The position numbers were made by a program, and so were the translations under genes. DNA of 64,000 nucleotides from positions 928,001 through 992,000 of the forward strand of contig OZ242376.1 of assembly GCA_965209085.1 (NCBI GenBank), written 5' to 3'. The DNA is from Nitrosopumilaceae archaeon. Its GTDB lineage: Archaea; Thermoproteota; Nitrososphaeria; Nitrososphaerales; Nitrosopumilaceae. Positions 9,508 to 19,448 of this stretch are shown piece by piece (within the stretch, counting starts at the first letter, position 1; every line of letters begins with the position of its first letter). The notes below the pieces were generated by a model. That model worked only from the letters and a program-made list of their open reading frames with translations, was not told where the DNA came from and made no database searches.

Positions 9508-10902
9508 ATGATTGCGGGGATTGACGATATTGCAGTATATATACCAAAATTGTATTTTGATGCAAATGATTATGCAACATTGCGCGGCGTTGATGCCACA
9601 AAACTGCAAAAAGGACTTGGCGTATACAAGATGGCCATTGTCGACAGCAATCAGGATCCTGCATGCCTTGCTGCAAACGCATGTTTGAAAATAATGCAGC
9701 AAAACCGACTCGCGCCTGAAGATATTGGGAGATTGTACATTTCCACTGAATCAGCATTTGATGAATCAAAAGCCATGAACTCGTATGTTATAGGCATGCT
9801 GGAGCAGATATACGGACAGGGAACATTTGAGCACTGCGGCGGTATTGAAACAAAATTTGCATGCGTTAGCGGATCTTACGCCCTGTATGATAATACAAAC
9901 TGGATACGTGCCGGAGAATCAGATGACAAATATGCCATAGTTGTGGTCTCAGATATTGCCAAATACGATCTTGGATCTTCCGGCGAGATGACACAGGGTG
10001 CAGGCGCTGTGGCAATGCTGTTAAACCACAAACCGCGCCTTTTGGCATTTGATCCAAAAGTTACCGCCACTTCGATAAAAGACGAGTATGACTTTTACCG
10101 TCCGTTTGGCAAAGAGACGCCCATTGTACACGGTCAGTATTCAACCATGCTCTATCTCATACAGGTGAAAAAAGCGCTAGAGGCATACAAGAAAAAAGTG
10201 GAGCAGACAGGTATAATTGAAGTGGGTAAAGATGAATCAATTTTGGATTATATTGATTATCTAAACATGCACCTTCCCTATTCAAACATGGGCAAAAAAG
10301 CTCTAGCATACCTCATACGCCACGAATGGCGCACGCTTCCAAGATGGAAGTCAATACTAGATGAGATAGGAATGATAGAGCCAATACCAAAGGATCCGCG
10401 CGGAACAATCGAATCCGTTCTAGGGGATCAGGAATTTATGGAAAAAGATCACGAATTTCAAAAACGCTTTACCAAAATACCTGAATACGTCAAACTCTAC
10501 GAATCAAAAATGGCAAGCTCGCTTATAGCATCATCCATGATTGGCAATTTGTATACTGCATCATTATACCTTGGATTTAGAAGCACGTTGGAGTTTGAAT
10601 ACAAAAAAGGTGTAAAGCTTGAATCAAAAAGATTTGGATTTGGCTCGTACGGTTCTGGCAGTTCTGCAATGGTATTTTCTGGAGTCGTTCAGCCCGAATA
10701 TGAAAAAATTGTCTCACGCATGAATCTTGATGATGACATGGGATCGCGCACGCGGCTCACCTTGGAGCAGTACGAAAACGTGCACAAAAACAAACTTGGC
10801 ATATCGGAACCCATACTCGTACCAAAAAAAGAATTCGTTCTCACACAGGTAAAAACGAATCCTGAATCCCGCGGCGAACGCAGATACGCATACAAAGAAT
10901 AA
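9508..10902 (+). CDS. Hydroxymethylglutaryl-CoA synthase
   Basis: GIDDIAVYIP, ETKFACVSG, TQGAGAVA, GNLYTASLY, SYGSG. Confidence 0.9.
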   Translation: MIAGIDDIAVYIPKLYFDANDYATLRGVDATKLQKGLGVYKMAIVDSNQDPACLAANACLKIMQQNRLAPEDIGRLYISTESAFDESKAMNSYVIGMLEQIYGQGTFEHCGGIETKFACVSGSYALYDNTNWIRAGESDDKYAIVVVSDIAKYDLGSSGEMTQGAGAVAMLLNHKPRLLAFDPKVTATSIKDEYDFYRPFGKETPIVHGQYSTMLYLIQVKKALEAYKKKVEQTGIIEVGKDESILDYIDYLNMHLPYSNMGKKALAYLIRHEWRTLPRWKSILDEIGMIEPIPKDPRGTIESVLGDQEFMEKDHEFQKRFTKIPEYVKLYESKMASSLIASSMIGNLYTASLYLGFRSTLEFEYKKGVKLESKRFGFGSYGSGSSAMVFSGVVQPEYEKIVSRMNLDDDMGSRTRLTLEQYENVHKNKLGISEPILVPKKEFVLTQVKTNPESRGERRYAYKE

Positions 10903-10912
10903 CCGGCACATC

Positions 10913-11608
10913 TTAGAGATTAATGCCCAGTGCGTCAAGATTCAGCACGTCTGCAATTGCATCAAATGCTAAATTCCCCGCTGTTAAATCCATTTTTGGC
11001 ACAATGCCAAGTATCCGAATACCGGTGATGGCCCCAATATCTTCTGCCAAATGCTGCGGGTCATAACCGTCATCATCAATGCAGTTTATTACAAATCCTG
11101 CCACCGGTATGAGTGCATTTTTGCACGCCATATGTGCAAGTATTGCATGATTTAACGCGCCAATCCTGTTGCGTGAAACGATTACAGTTGGCAAATTCAT
11201 CTCTTTTACAAGGTCCGATACGAAATAATCCTCCCGAATTGGGGTCATTATTCCGCCAATGCCCTCAACTAGCATGGCATCGTGTGATTTGCAAAGTTTA
11301 CGGTATGAATCAAGAACATCTTTTATGTCAAATTCAAGATCCTCCCTGCAGGATGCAGTGTATGGCGATGCTGGCATTTGTGAGAAAACCGGATTTAATT
11401 CAGAGTCAGACTCTGTACATTTTGCCAACCGTGCAAGAATCTCAGTGTCATGCGAGTTGTATTTCTCTGATGCAGGAGAATCTGATGCGGCAAACGGTTT
11501 CATTACGCCTATATTGACGCCGGATTTTTTTGCAGCCCGTGCAATGCACGCGCCAATTACGGTTTTCCCCACGTCCGTATCGGTTCCGGTTACAAATACT
11601 GATTGCAT
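10913..11608 (-). CDS. bioD: Dethiobiotin synthase
   Basis: FVTGTDTDVGKT, KPFA, VEGIGG, GALNH. Confidence 0.92.
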   Translation of the reverse strand: MQSVFVTGTDTDVGKTVIGACIARAAKKSGVNIGVMKPFAASDSPASEKYNSHDTEILARLAKCTESDSELNPVFSQMPASPYTASCREDLEFDIKDVLDSYRKLCKSHDAMLVEGIGGIMTPIREDYFVSDLVKEMNLPTVIVSRNRIGALNHAILAHMACKNALIPVAGFVINCIDDDGYDPQHLAEDIGAITGIRILGIVPKMDLTAGNLAFDAIADVLNLDALGINL

Positions 11609-11651
11609 TGTTAGTTGTCCTCATGCGGCTTTTTATTAATCGTACTGACAG

Positions 11652-12071
11652 TTACTGTGTAAAATGGGCAAGTTTTTCAGATACTGCAGTTATGGCGTCA
11701 AGCTCTTCGCGTGTTGCCAAATCCCCGATTAATTTTTCATAGTATGCGGATTCGGAGCTCATTGCTTTTTTAATTCCGGTACAATACGAGTCAACCGCTT
11801 TTTTTATCAGAGGCACCCCGTCTGCTAATTCATCAACATGTTTGCCAGGATTATGCAGGAAATCTGGTATAAACCCAAGCAGTGCCTCAACTGCGGGGAA
11901 GGTTTTTGCCGCCTCTTGCTGTAAAATCTGTACAAACATTGCCGCATTTTCAATCTCGGGTGATTTTGATACAGTGCGCAATCTCATCTTATAGTGCTCC
12001 AACGCCCTCATTATCGGGGCATATCCTCCCCCGTCGCGCACATACAGTGCAACATCTGCAGAACTTTTCAC
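11652..12071 (-). CDS. Hypothetical protein
   Basis: 139-aa ORF co-oriented with bioD. Confidence 0.6.
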   Translation of the reverse strand: MKSSADVALYVRDGGGYAPIMRALEHYKMRLRTVSKSPEIENAAMFVQILQQEAAKTFPAVEALLGFIPDFLHNPGKHVDELADGVPLIKKAVDSYCTGIKKAMSSESAYYEKLIGDLATREELDAITAVSEKLAHFTQ

Positions 12072-12149
12072 ACCATTTAGCGTGCGGTTTTCTTAATATG
12101 TCTAATCAACGGCTGCGGAAAATAATGCGCATGCGGCAAATGTACGTGT

Positions 12150-12195
12150 AAAATTAAAATGAAAAATAAAATAAAATTAAAAATAATAAAATTGA
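12150..12195 (-). terminator. Long oligo-T tract (A-rich on + strand), probable archaeal terminator
   Basis: ~45 nt of almost pure A/T immediately after the stop at 12197. Confidence 0.45.
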
Positions 12196-12196
12196 A

Positions 12197-12283
12197 TCAT
12201 TCTTGTTGTTTCTTTTTTTTCTCCTTTTCTGCGCGTAATTTTGCCAATTCCAATTCCAAATTGGTATGTTTGAATTTTTTCAT
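12197..12283 (-). CDS. Small basic protein (28 aa)
   Basis: MKKFKHTNLELELAKLRAEKEKKKKQQE*; TTTATA upstream and T-tract downstream. Confidence 0.5.
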   Translation of the reverse strand: MKKFKHTNLELELAKLRAEKEKKKKQQE

Positions 12284-12351
12284 ATTACTTGCTTTACATA
12301 CCCCTTGGAAGTATAAAAACCACGCTTGGTTTGTAAAGATCGCACCATTCT

Positions 12352-12987
12352 TTACGTTTTCGTGCCGGTCAGAAACAGCGTGCCTGCGGTACGGCGCCAT
12401 TCCTTATCATCACTTTGAGCGCAGACACGTTCAGTTTTAATTGTAAAACCTGCATCATAAAGTGTCCGTTCCCACTGGCGTATGGAGAGCAAATGCATAG
12501 GAATTTGCATGGATTTTTTCCAGTGCAGTGTACCTGAGTTTTCAGCATAATAGTCCGTACCGCAAAAAAACATTCCGCCAGGTTTCAAAGCCCGCCAAAT
12601 GGCCCGCACTGCATCACATACTGATTTGGCATAATACAGCGATTCCATTGAAAATACATAATCAAACATGTCGCCCTCATATGATTCAATTCCAGTATGC
12701 AAGTATGCCTCCTTGGCTGATGCGGATTTTGATTCTGCAATTTTTATCATGCCGGCACTGACATCAATTCCCAGCGCACTTGCACATTTTGGGTTTTCTG
12801 CCATGGTCCGTACAACCCATCCATTACCGCATCCCACATCAAGAAATGAGAACGCATCTTTAAAATCAACAGAGTTTAAAAATTTGAATACCGTTTTGGA
12901 ATGTCCCTGCTCCATGAGCAAATCCCTCCCATTCAGGGCCCACTTGTCAAAAAATTCCCCAGTATTGGGAAATTGCGGCGTATCCAT
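12352..12987 (-). CDS. Class I SAM-dependent methyltransferase
   Basis: FLDVGCGNG, LKPGG. Confidence 0.85.
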   Translation of the reverse strand: MDTPQFPNTGEFFDKWALNGRDLLMEQGHSKTVFKFLNSVDFKDAFSFLDVGCGNGWVVRTMAENPKCASALGIDVSAGMIKIAESKSASAKEAYLHTGIESYEGDMFDYVFSMESLYYAKSVCDAVRAIWRALKPGGMFFCGTDYYAENSGTLHWKKSMQIPMHLLSIRQWERTLYDAGFTIKTERVCAQSDDKEWRRTAGTLFLTGTKT

Positions 12988-13086
12988 ATTGTGTTTTTCA
13001 CACCGCAGTGTTTTATCCTTATGTATGCCCCATACAATGTACGATTATGTTTTAAATTTATTATGTACATGATGGAGCATCATTTC

Positions 13087-14406
13087 ATGGCAAAGAGCAG
13101 CCGCGTATGGCATCCAAACACGCAAATGTCCGAATGGGACAAATTTGATAAAATTACAAACGCCAAGGGAATGTATCTTTATGATTCACGCGGCAGAAAA
13201 TACATAGATGCTGTTGCATCCATGTGGTGCAACGTATGGGGCCATTCAAAACCAGAACTGGTGTCAGCCATCAAAGCACAGTCATCAAAACTGCAGCACT
13301 CTGCACTGTTTAATCTCACAAACGAGCCAGTAGAACTGCTAGCTGACAAACTGGTAAATCAGTCGCCGAACATGGCGCATGTTTTCTTTTCAGACAACGG
13401 TTCAACTTCGATGGAAATTGCAGCAAAAATGGCCATACAGTACTGCTCAAACATGGGCGAATCTAGGACAAAGATAGCATCGTTAAAGGGCGGATACCAC
13501 GGGGACACGTTTGGATCAATGTCGCTTGGATACATGCCGGGTTTTTTTGCCCCCTACAAGGGAAAATTATTTGGTGTTACGCAGCTGCCGGCTCCGGACA
13601 CTTATCGGACGGCAGGTCTTGGCGTCGAGGGAAATTTGCACGCATGTCTTGATAAGATAGAGCGCTCAATATCTGCAAATTCAGATTCCATGGCAGCATT
13701 GGTCATGGAAAGCGGGGCGCAAATGGCCGCAGGTGCTCGCATATATCCGCCAAAATTCCAGCAGGATGTTTCAAAAATATGTTCACGGTACAACGTATTG
13801 CTTGTACTAGACGAGGTTGCCACAGGTTTTGGAAGGCTTGGGCATATGGCCGAATACAAACATCAGAAAAGCAGTCCGGATATAGTATCATACGGTAAAA
13901 TGATGACCGGCGGGTATTTGACAATGGGTGCCACATTGGCATCCAAAAAGATCTATAACAGTTTTCTTGGAAAATATGGGGATCAAAAACACCTGTTTCA
14001 CGGACACACATTTACCGGAAATCCACTAGCTGCAGCAGTTGCATGCAAGAATATTCAATTATACAAAAAGGAACGTTTGCTTGACAAAGTAAAGATCACA
14101 TCTGAGAGGCTGAAATCGCATGCGGATTTATTTTATAAAATAAAAGAGGTTGGAGATGTACGGGTTGCGGGACTTTTGATGGGTATTGAGATGGTTTCAG
14201 ACAGGCGTGCAAAAACCCCGTTGCGTACAAGGGGAGTATCGATTAACAAAATCGTCTTTGATGAGGGCAAAAAAAATGGGATATACCTTCGCACACTAGG
14301 CAACGTGGTAATGCTTGTTCCCCCCCTTGCAATTTCAAAAAATACACTTGATACACTTGTGCAGAAAACAGAGAAAACCATACGTGCAATCGTAAAAAAA
14401 TTATAG
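13087..14406 (+). CDS. bioA: Adenosylmethionine-8-amino-7-oxononanoate aminotransferase
   Basis: WHPNTQM, SMWCNVWGH, YHGDT, DEVATGFGR, K-MTGGY, HGHTFTGNP; near bioD; start set at ATG 13087. Confidence 0.92.
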   Translation: MAKSSRVWHPNTQMSEWDKFDKITNAKGMYLYDSRGRKYIDAVASMWCNVWGHSKPELVSAIKAQSSKLQHSALFNLTNEPVELLADKLVNQSPNMAHVFFSDNGSTSMEIAAKMAIQYCSNMGESRTKIASLKGGYHGDTFGSMSLGYMPGFFAPYKGKLFGVTQLPAPDTYRTAGLGVEGNLHACLDKIERSISANSDSMAALVMESGAQMAAGARIYPPKFQQDVSKICSRYNVLLVLDEVATGFGRLGHMAEYKHQKSSPDIVSYGKMMTGGYLTMGATLASKKIYNSFLGKYGDQKHLFHGHTFTGNPLAAAVACKNIQLYKKERLLDKVKITSERLKSHADLFYKIKEVGDVRVAGLLMGIEMVSDRRAKTPLRTRGVSINKIVFDEGKKNGIYLRTLGNVVMLVPPLAISKNTLDTLVQKTEKTIRAIVKKL

Positions 14407-14474
14407 CCTGGTGCATCCCATATGAGAAAGATAATGCAGGTTTTAGAATTTGATTTTTAAAATACGCAATATAT

Positions 14475-15632
14475 CTAGCCGAATGTAAACGTGAATATTT
14501 CAAAACCGGCACTATCTGTGCTGATTTCAAGCAGGTGTACTCCGGCATTAGACGAGTCTACAATGTTGTACAATCTTGCATCATCTACTATAACCATACC
14601 GTCAATCACGTCGTATCCGGCATGCTCTGATGATATTGCATCACCATCCAACTTTATGTTCAAATTTGCAGAGTTTGAGGCCACAATGTTTACTTCTCTG
14701 GCATAATAGTGCAGATATACACTACCGCTCTCTGATACAAGTTTCATTCCGTCCATGCCGTTGTACCATTCGCCGTCCATTTGAAAACTATTCAAACCAA
14801 TACTTTCAGAGGCCATATACGATACTATGTTTTCAGGATTATATCCTTCAGAGTTTGCAATATAGTTTCTGCTAGGCAGTGCAAGTTTATACCCGAAATA
14901 AATTTCAGGCGTAGTTTGTCCCGTATGCTTAAAAGCTGTTATATTCACAGTATCATCTGCATGCGCAGCCTGCATACCAAACGCGGATGATCTCTCTGCA
15001 AGAAGTTTCTGTATCATGCGCTCACTCTCCGCGTATCCGCCTTCACCGATATGATCATACCGTATGTACCCTTCATGATCTGCAATGTATTTTCGCGGCC
15101 AATATCTGTTTTCAAAAGCAGACCACGTTTCCATATCATTATCCAATACGACAGGATACACAATGCCGTATTTTGCAACTGCACGTTTTACATTTTCAAC
15201 GTCTTTTTCGAATTCAAATTCCGGAGAGTGTATTCCTATTATCAATAGCCCCTGATCAGAGTATTTTTCATCCCATGCAGTAATGTAAGGTAGGGTACGT
15301 ATGCAGTTTACGCATGAATATGTCCAAATATCGTACAGTACAACCTTGTCTTTTATTGCATCCTGCAGCTCATCGGGTGATGTGTTTATGTAATCTGCAA
15401 TACCCACAAGTTCCGGGGCGGTTTTAAATCCAGATTTGTCAATTCTGGCAGGTTGTGGAATTGTCCCATCATCCTGAGGCATTGCCGAATCTGGTGCATT
15501 AGATGTTGGAGGTGCACTCACGGCAGTATCTGCTGCCATATCCAGCGTGTCAAGTCCGATACTGACAGCAGCTATGCCTATTACCACCGCTATGGCAAGT
15601 ATGATTGCAGTTTTTGCCCCAGATACGCTCAT
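14475..15632 (-). CDS. Membrane-anchored thiol-disulfide oxidoreductase (DipZ-like)
   Basis: WTYSCVNC, GIHSPEF, NRYWP, FTFTFG C-terminus. Confidence 0.85.
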   Translation of the reverse strand: MSVSGAKTAIILAIAVVIGIAAVSIGLDTLDMAADTAVSAPPTSNAPDSAMPQDDGTIPQPARIDKSGFKTAPELVGIADYINTSPDELQDAIKDKVVLYDIWTYSCVNCIRTLPYITAWDEKYSDQGLLIIGIHSPEFEFEKDVENVKRAVAKYGIVYPVVLDNDMETWSAFENRYWPRKYIADHEGYIRYDHIGEGGYAESERMIQKLLAERSSAFGMQAAHADDTVNITAFKHTGQTTPEIYFGYKLALPSRNYIANSEGYNPENIVSYMASESIGLNSFQMDGEWYNGMDGMKLVSESGSVYLHYYAREVNIVASNSANLNIKLDGDAISSEHAGYDVIDGMVIVDDARLYNIVDSSNAGVHLLEISTDSAGFEIFTFTFG

Positions 15633-16354
15633 CCAAGTAACACCAATTCATTTAGAAAGCCAAAGTTTGCAATTGTTGCAAGCTGGTTTGTAAACACTAG
15701 TATGCCAAGCATGATGATAAATCCTCCAAGTATAATATTGTAATATTTCAAATGTTTTGAGAGTTTTTGTACCACGCCGGTGGCACGTGATATGAACACA
15801 CCCATTAGTATGAACGGAATTCCAAGTCCTGCAGAATACGCCAAAAGCAGATGAAACGCAGTTGATGGTGTGGTGGCAGCAAGCGTAAGTATCGTACCAA
15901 GAACGGGTCCCACACACGGAGTCCATCCTGCCGCAAATGCCAGACCGAACAGAAACGATGTCGGATAGCTGGCTTTGGACATTTTTGGAATGAATTTTTT
16001 CTCCATGTTTAATTTTGCAATTTTTATTGACAAGATCATGTATGCGCCAAAAGCCATTATTATTAATCCGCCCACATGATTTAGTGTTTCTATCAAATCC
16101 CCGGCAACATCAAAGAGCACCGTGTTTATTACAACACCAAGAATTGAAAATACAACCGAAAAGCCTGTGACGAAAAATACAGTATTGAGTATTACAGAAG
16201 AGCGGCTTATCTGCACGGTTGCTTTATCACTCAATCCTGATATCGTGGTTCCAGAAATGTATGCAAGAAATGCAGGTATTACCGGCAGAATACAGGGGGC
16301 CACAAATGAGGCAAGACCTGCTACAACTGCCACCGCTAAACCCACTTCTGCCAT
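15629..16354 (-). CDS. ccdA: CcdA/DsbD-family transmembrane electron transporter
   Basis: SFVAPCILPVIP and GWTPCVGP. Confidence 0.88.
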   Translation of the reverse strand: MAEVGLAVAVVAGLASFVAPCILPVIPAFLAYISGTTISGLSDKATVQISRSSVILNTVFFVTGFSVVFSILGVVINTVLFDVAGDLIETLNHVGGLIIMAFGAYMILSIKIAKLNMEKKFIPKMSKASYPTSFLFGLAFAAGWTPCVGPVLGTILTLAATTPSTAFHLLLAYSAGLGIPFILMGVFISRATGVVQKLSKHLKYYNIILGGFIIMLGILVFTNQLATIANFGFLNELVLLG

Positions 16355-16554
16355 GATACGTAAATTCCAATCATCTGTTAAAAATATATGGGATAAATCT
16401 TTGTTTAAAATACAGTTTATGTTAAAATTAACGAGTATTTTACCAAAATATATGAAAATTTCAAATGAATTCTAAAAAATACGTACTATATGGCAGAAAT
16501 ACCAGCATATGCTGGAAAATAAGATGCTTAAATCCAAATTTTGTCAGTTATGGT

Positions 16555-17199
16555 ATGACTAGGTGGAAATTGCCCCAAAGTCCAAACATAGCTCAGAGGG
16601 TGGCAGGAATTGTAAAACCACAAAGTCCTCTAAAAAACCGCCTAGATGTAGCACAGTCAAAGCTTCAAGGACAGATATTCAGACTTGATAGAGTGCATGA
16701 GGATTTTAAGAAAAAAGAAACTGCATTATTTAACAAAGTGGTCGAATCCCAAAAAAGAAACGACAGGGCATACGCACAAGCCTATGCCACAGAGCTGCAT
16801 CATTTGAGAAAAACCAGCAATATGGTCGGAGGGGCAAAGCTTGCAATGGAGCAGATACAAATGCGTCTTGGAACAATGTCAGATTTGGGCGATATTGTCG
16901 TAACCCTTAGTCCGTGTATGGCAATGATCAAAAACATAAACGCCTCAATCGGATCAGTAATGCCGCAAATGGGCACATCCATGCAGGATTTGGCCGGAAC
17001 GTTAAACGACATACTTGGCGAGGCATCAATTACCGGTGCCGGTGTGATGCAGGATCAAACAATCGGATCAGAAGCTGCTGCAATACTAAACGAAGCGCAG
17101 GCAACTTTGGAGGGAAATATCAAGACTAGCCTGCCAAATCCCCCGCTGCATGCTGAATTGAAAAAAGATATTCTTCAAAAAAGAGAGGCATACATTTAA
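16555..17199 (+). CDS. ESCRT-III/Snf7-like cell-division protein (CdvB paralogue)
   Basis: Helical pattern AYATEL...KLAMEQIQMRLGT..DLGDIVVTLSP...EAAAILNEA; start at ATG 16555. Confidence 0.8.
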   Translation: MTRWKLPQSPNIAQRVAGIVKPQSPLKNRLDVAQSKLQGQIFRLDRVHEDFKKKETALFNKVVESQKRNDRAYAQAYATELHHLRKTSNMVGGAKLAMEQIQMRLGTMSDLGDIVVTLSPCMAMIKNINASIGSVMPQMGTSMQDLAGTLNDILGEASITGAGVMQDQTIGSEAAAILNEAQATLEGNIKTSLPNPPLHAELKKDILQKREAYI

Positions 17200-17221
17200 T
17201 TTTTAGGCAATCCTATCTTTA

Positions 17222-17695
17222 ATGATGAGGATTCTGCACGGTAGCCCAGGTTTTGGCGGGATGTTGAGTGAGGCGCAGACAATTGATTTTCTTTCAAGCT
17301 CAAAGCGCACCCTCGTACTTGGAACCGTGGATGTAACAGGTCATGTAAACATGCATCCGGTATGGTACGTTTATGAGAACGGACGCATGTATGTTGAAAC
17401 AGGCAAGGAATCATTAAAGGTAAGAAACGTGCGTGCAAATCCTGGCGCATATTACTGCATAGATGATGATGATCCGGTAAAACCGTACAAAGGTGTAAGA
17501 GGCAAGGCCAAAGTGCGCATCATTGAGGATCTTAAAACCATCCATCCTATGACCGTCAGCATAGTCACAAAATATACGGGCGGAGTGGACAATAAAATTG
17601 CGAAAAGAATTCTAGGCGGAATTGATGACAACGGTTCTGTACTCTTGGAGCTTGAACCCTCATATTATTCCACATGGGATCATTCGATAGAATAA
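17222..17695 (+). CDS. Pyridoxamine 5'-phosphate oxidase-like (split beta-barrel) protein
   Basis: LGTV...HPVWY...KVRNVRANP...YKGVRG...SxWD; true start may be 17261. Confidence 0.8.
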   Translation: MMRILHGSPGFGGMLSEAQTIDFLSSSKRTLVLGTVDVTGHVNMHPVWYVYENGRMYVETGKESLKVRNVRANPGAYYCIDDDDPVKPYKGVRGKAKVRIIEDLKTIHPMTVSIVTKYTGGVDNKIAKRILGGIDDNGSVLLELEPSYYSTWDHSIE

Positions 17696-17698
17696 ATT

Positions 17699-18040
17699 TT
17701 ACGAGATTGTTCTAAGGCGGTTTTTAATTCTCATTATGGTAGGATAGCTGTATCCGCGCCGTCGATAGTTTGCAATCATCAGTTTCCAGTTTTTTAGCCT
17801 CCATACGGCCTGCTCTGATGTTACAGAATGGGTTTCTTTTTTGACGATGCTTTTACGTCCCGGCCGAAGTGTTCCAGAATCCTTTGCATTCCAACGGTTT
17901 TTTGCAAATTTTAATCCTGCAAGAATTTCCTCCACGGGCATTGTTTCAAAATATTCTTTCAATCTTGCAGCTTGGTTTGCGGTCAGTTTTCCCCCAACGC
18001 GCATCGTTATCTCTGTTTCATCCATGCATATCAGATGCAT
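17699..18040 (-). CDS. Basic hypothetical protein
   Basis: 113-aa ORF. Confidence 0.6.
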   Translation of the reverse strand: MHLICMDETEITMRVGGKLTANQAARLKEYFETMPVEEILAGLKFAKNRWNAKDSGTLRPGRKSIVKKETHSVTSEQAVWRLKNWKLMIANYRRRGYSYPTIMRIKNRLRTIS

Positions 18041-18078
18041 TCATGTATCTTAAAACAGACCGGTAAATGATTAAGAAT

Positions 18079-18201
18079 CTAACAGTCAATTAATGCCACA
18101 AGCGAGTTTTTGCATGCAGTATTGTACACTCCGAATCCAAATATCAAAATGGCAAATGCAATCAATGGCAATACGACAAAAATTTTTGTGTATATGCCCA
18201 T
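18079..18201 (-). CDS. Small single-pass membrane protein (40 aa; not in ORF track)
   Basis: MGIYTKIFVVLPLIAFAILIFGFGVYNTACKNSLVALIDC*; TTATAT ~25 nt upstream. Confidence 0.55.
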   Translation of the reverse strand: MGIYTKIFVVLPLIAFAILIFGFGVYNTACKNSLVALIDC

Positions 18202-18234
18202 ACAATACGTACATGTGTAACCCATATAACGTAT

Positions 18235-18651
18235 TCAATCCACGAGTATGCTCAGTGTTCCAGTACACGATGGGTTTTGTAACGCACAAACCATGCTGCG
18301 CGGCAGCGAATCTGATGCCAAATCGCTCCCAATTGCAAGAGTTCTAGGACATATGAAACCGCTTTTTCTTATCACAATATCGGAGGCATGGCTCAGTATG
18401 AGATCAGAGCTTCCCTTGGCATTTATCATCAAAGTATCCCCGCCGGCGCGTATTCTGATGCATACGTTTGAATCAGATCTGCGCAAGGCTGCCTTTATCT
18501 GCTCAGGCAGTCCAAGACAGCCGCATTGTGCGCCCACACCCACTATGCAGTCTCCTGAAGGGGTAAGATCATCATCACATGTGATCTCTATCGTATTACG
18601 GTGCAGTGAGCGGATGTTTTCATGTCCGTGAAAATTAACGGTAAATTCCAA
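18235..18651 (-). CDS. DUF371 family protein
   Basis: GHENIRSLHRNTIEIT, LTPSGDCIVGV, IVIRKSGFICPRTL. Confidence 0.85.
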   Translation of the reverse strand: MEFTVNFHGHENIRSLHRNTIEITCDDDLTPSGDCIVGVGAQCGCLGLPEQIKAALRRSDSNVCIRIRAGGDTLMINAKGSSDLILSHASDIVIRKSGFICPRTLAIGSDLASDSLPRSMVCALQNPSCTGTLSILVD

Positions 18652-18694
18652 CCATACATGATTTAGCTAGGCTTAAATTATACGTTTCAAAAGT

Positions 18695-19441
18695 TTGGAT
18701 GATTTGCTTCCAGCACAACAAGGTTACGATAGAGCCATTACAGTCTTTTCTCCAGACGGCAGACTGTACCAGGTTGAATACGCCATAGAGACGGTACGGC
18801 GTGGGACAATCGCGGTGGGAATCAAATCAAAACAGGGCATAATTATTGCAGTAGAGGAGAAATTTAAAAAATTACAGATAACCGATAATGCCCAGAAAAT
18901 ATTCCAAATTGACGATCATATCGGCATAGCTGCTGCAGGGTATATTCCTGATGCGCGCAGCCAGGTGGACAATGCCAGATTTTTCTCTCAAAGTAACAGG
19001 CTCATTTATGATGAGGCAGTCCAAGTTGAAACAGTTGCCAGACATTTGGCAGACCAATGCCAGCAGTTTACCCAGTATGCCGGAGTTCGCCCGTTTGGAG
19101 TTTCTTTAATCATAGGCGGAATAGATGCAGACGGGAATTCAAAACTATACCTGACGGATCCTAGTGGGACGTATATTGAATACGATGCCATAGCCATCGG
19201 GTCTGATTCAAACCAGGTTACAAAATTTCTGGAAGATAATTACAATAACAATATTACATCAGATGATGCAGCAATCATGGCAGTGGCTGCAATATACATA
19301 TCAAGTGAGGACAAACAGGAATCATCGCATATTCGTATGGCACAAATAAATACAGATAGTGGAAAATTTGAAATTATTCCAGAATCCAAAGTTGCAGAAT
19401 TTGCAAAATCTGCCAGGGAAAAATTCAAACCGCAAAGTTAG
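18695..19441 (+). CDS. psmA: Proteasome subunit alpha
   Basis: YDRAITVFSPDGRLYQVEYA, RPFGVSL. Confidence 0.95.
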   Translation: MDDLLPAQQGYDRAITVFSPDGRLYQVEYAIETVRRGTIAVGIKSKQGIIIAVEEKFKKLQITDNAQKIFQIDDHIGIAAAGYIPDARSQVDNARFFSQSNRLIYDEAVQVETVARHLADQCQQFTQYAGVRPFGVSLIIGGIDADGNSKLYLTDPSGTYIEYDAIAIGSDSNQVTKFLEDNYNNNITSDDAAIMAVAAIYISSEDKQESSHIRMAQINTDSGKFEIIPESKVAEFAKSAREKFKPQS

Positions 19442-19448
19442 GCATATA

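Noticed and set aside
12352-12987. Calling the methyltransferase between bioD and bioA BioC
   Set aside because: Only generic SAM-binding motifs are visible; proximity alone is insufficient.
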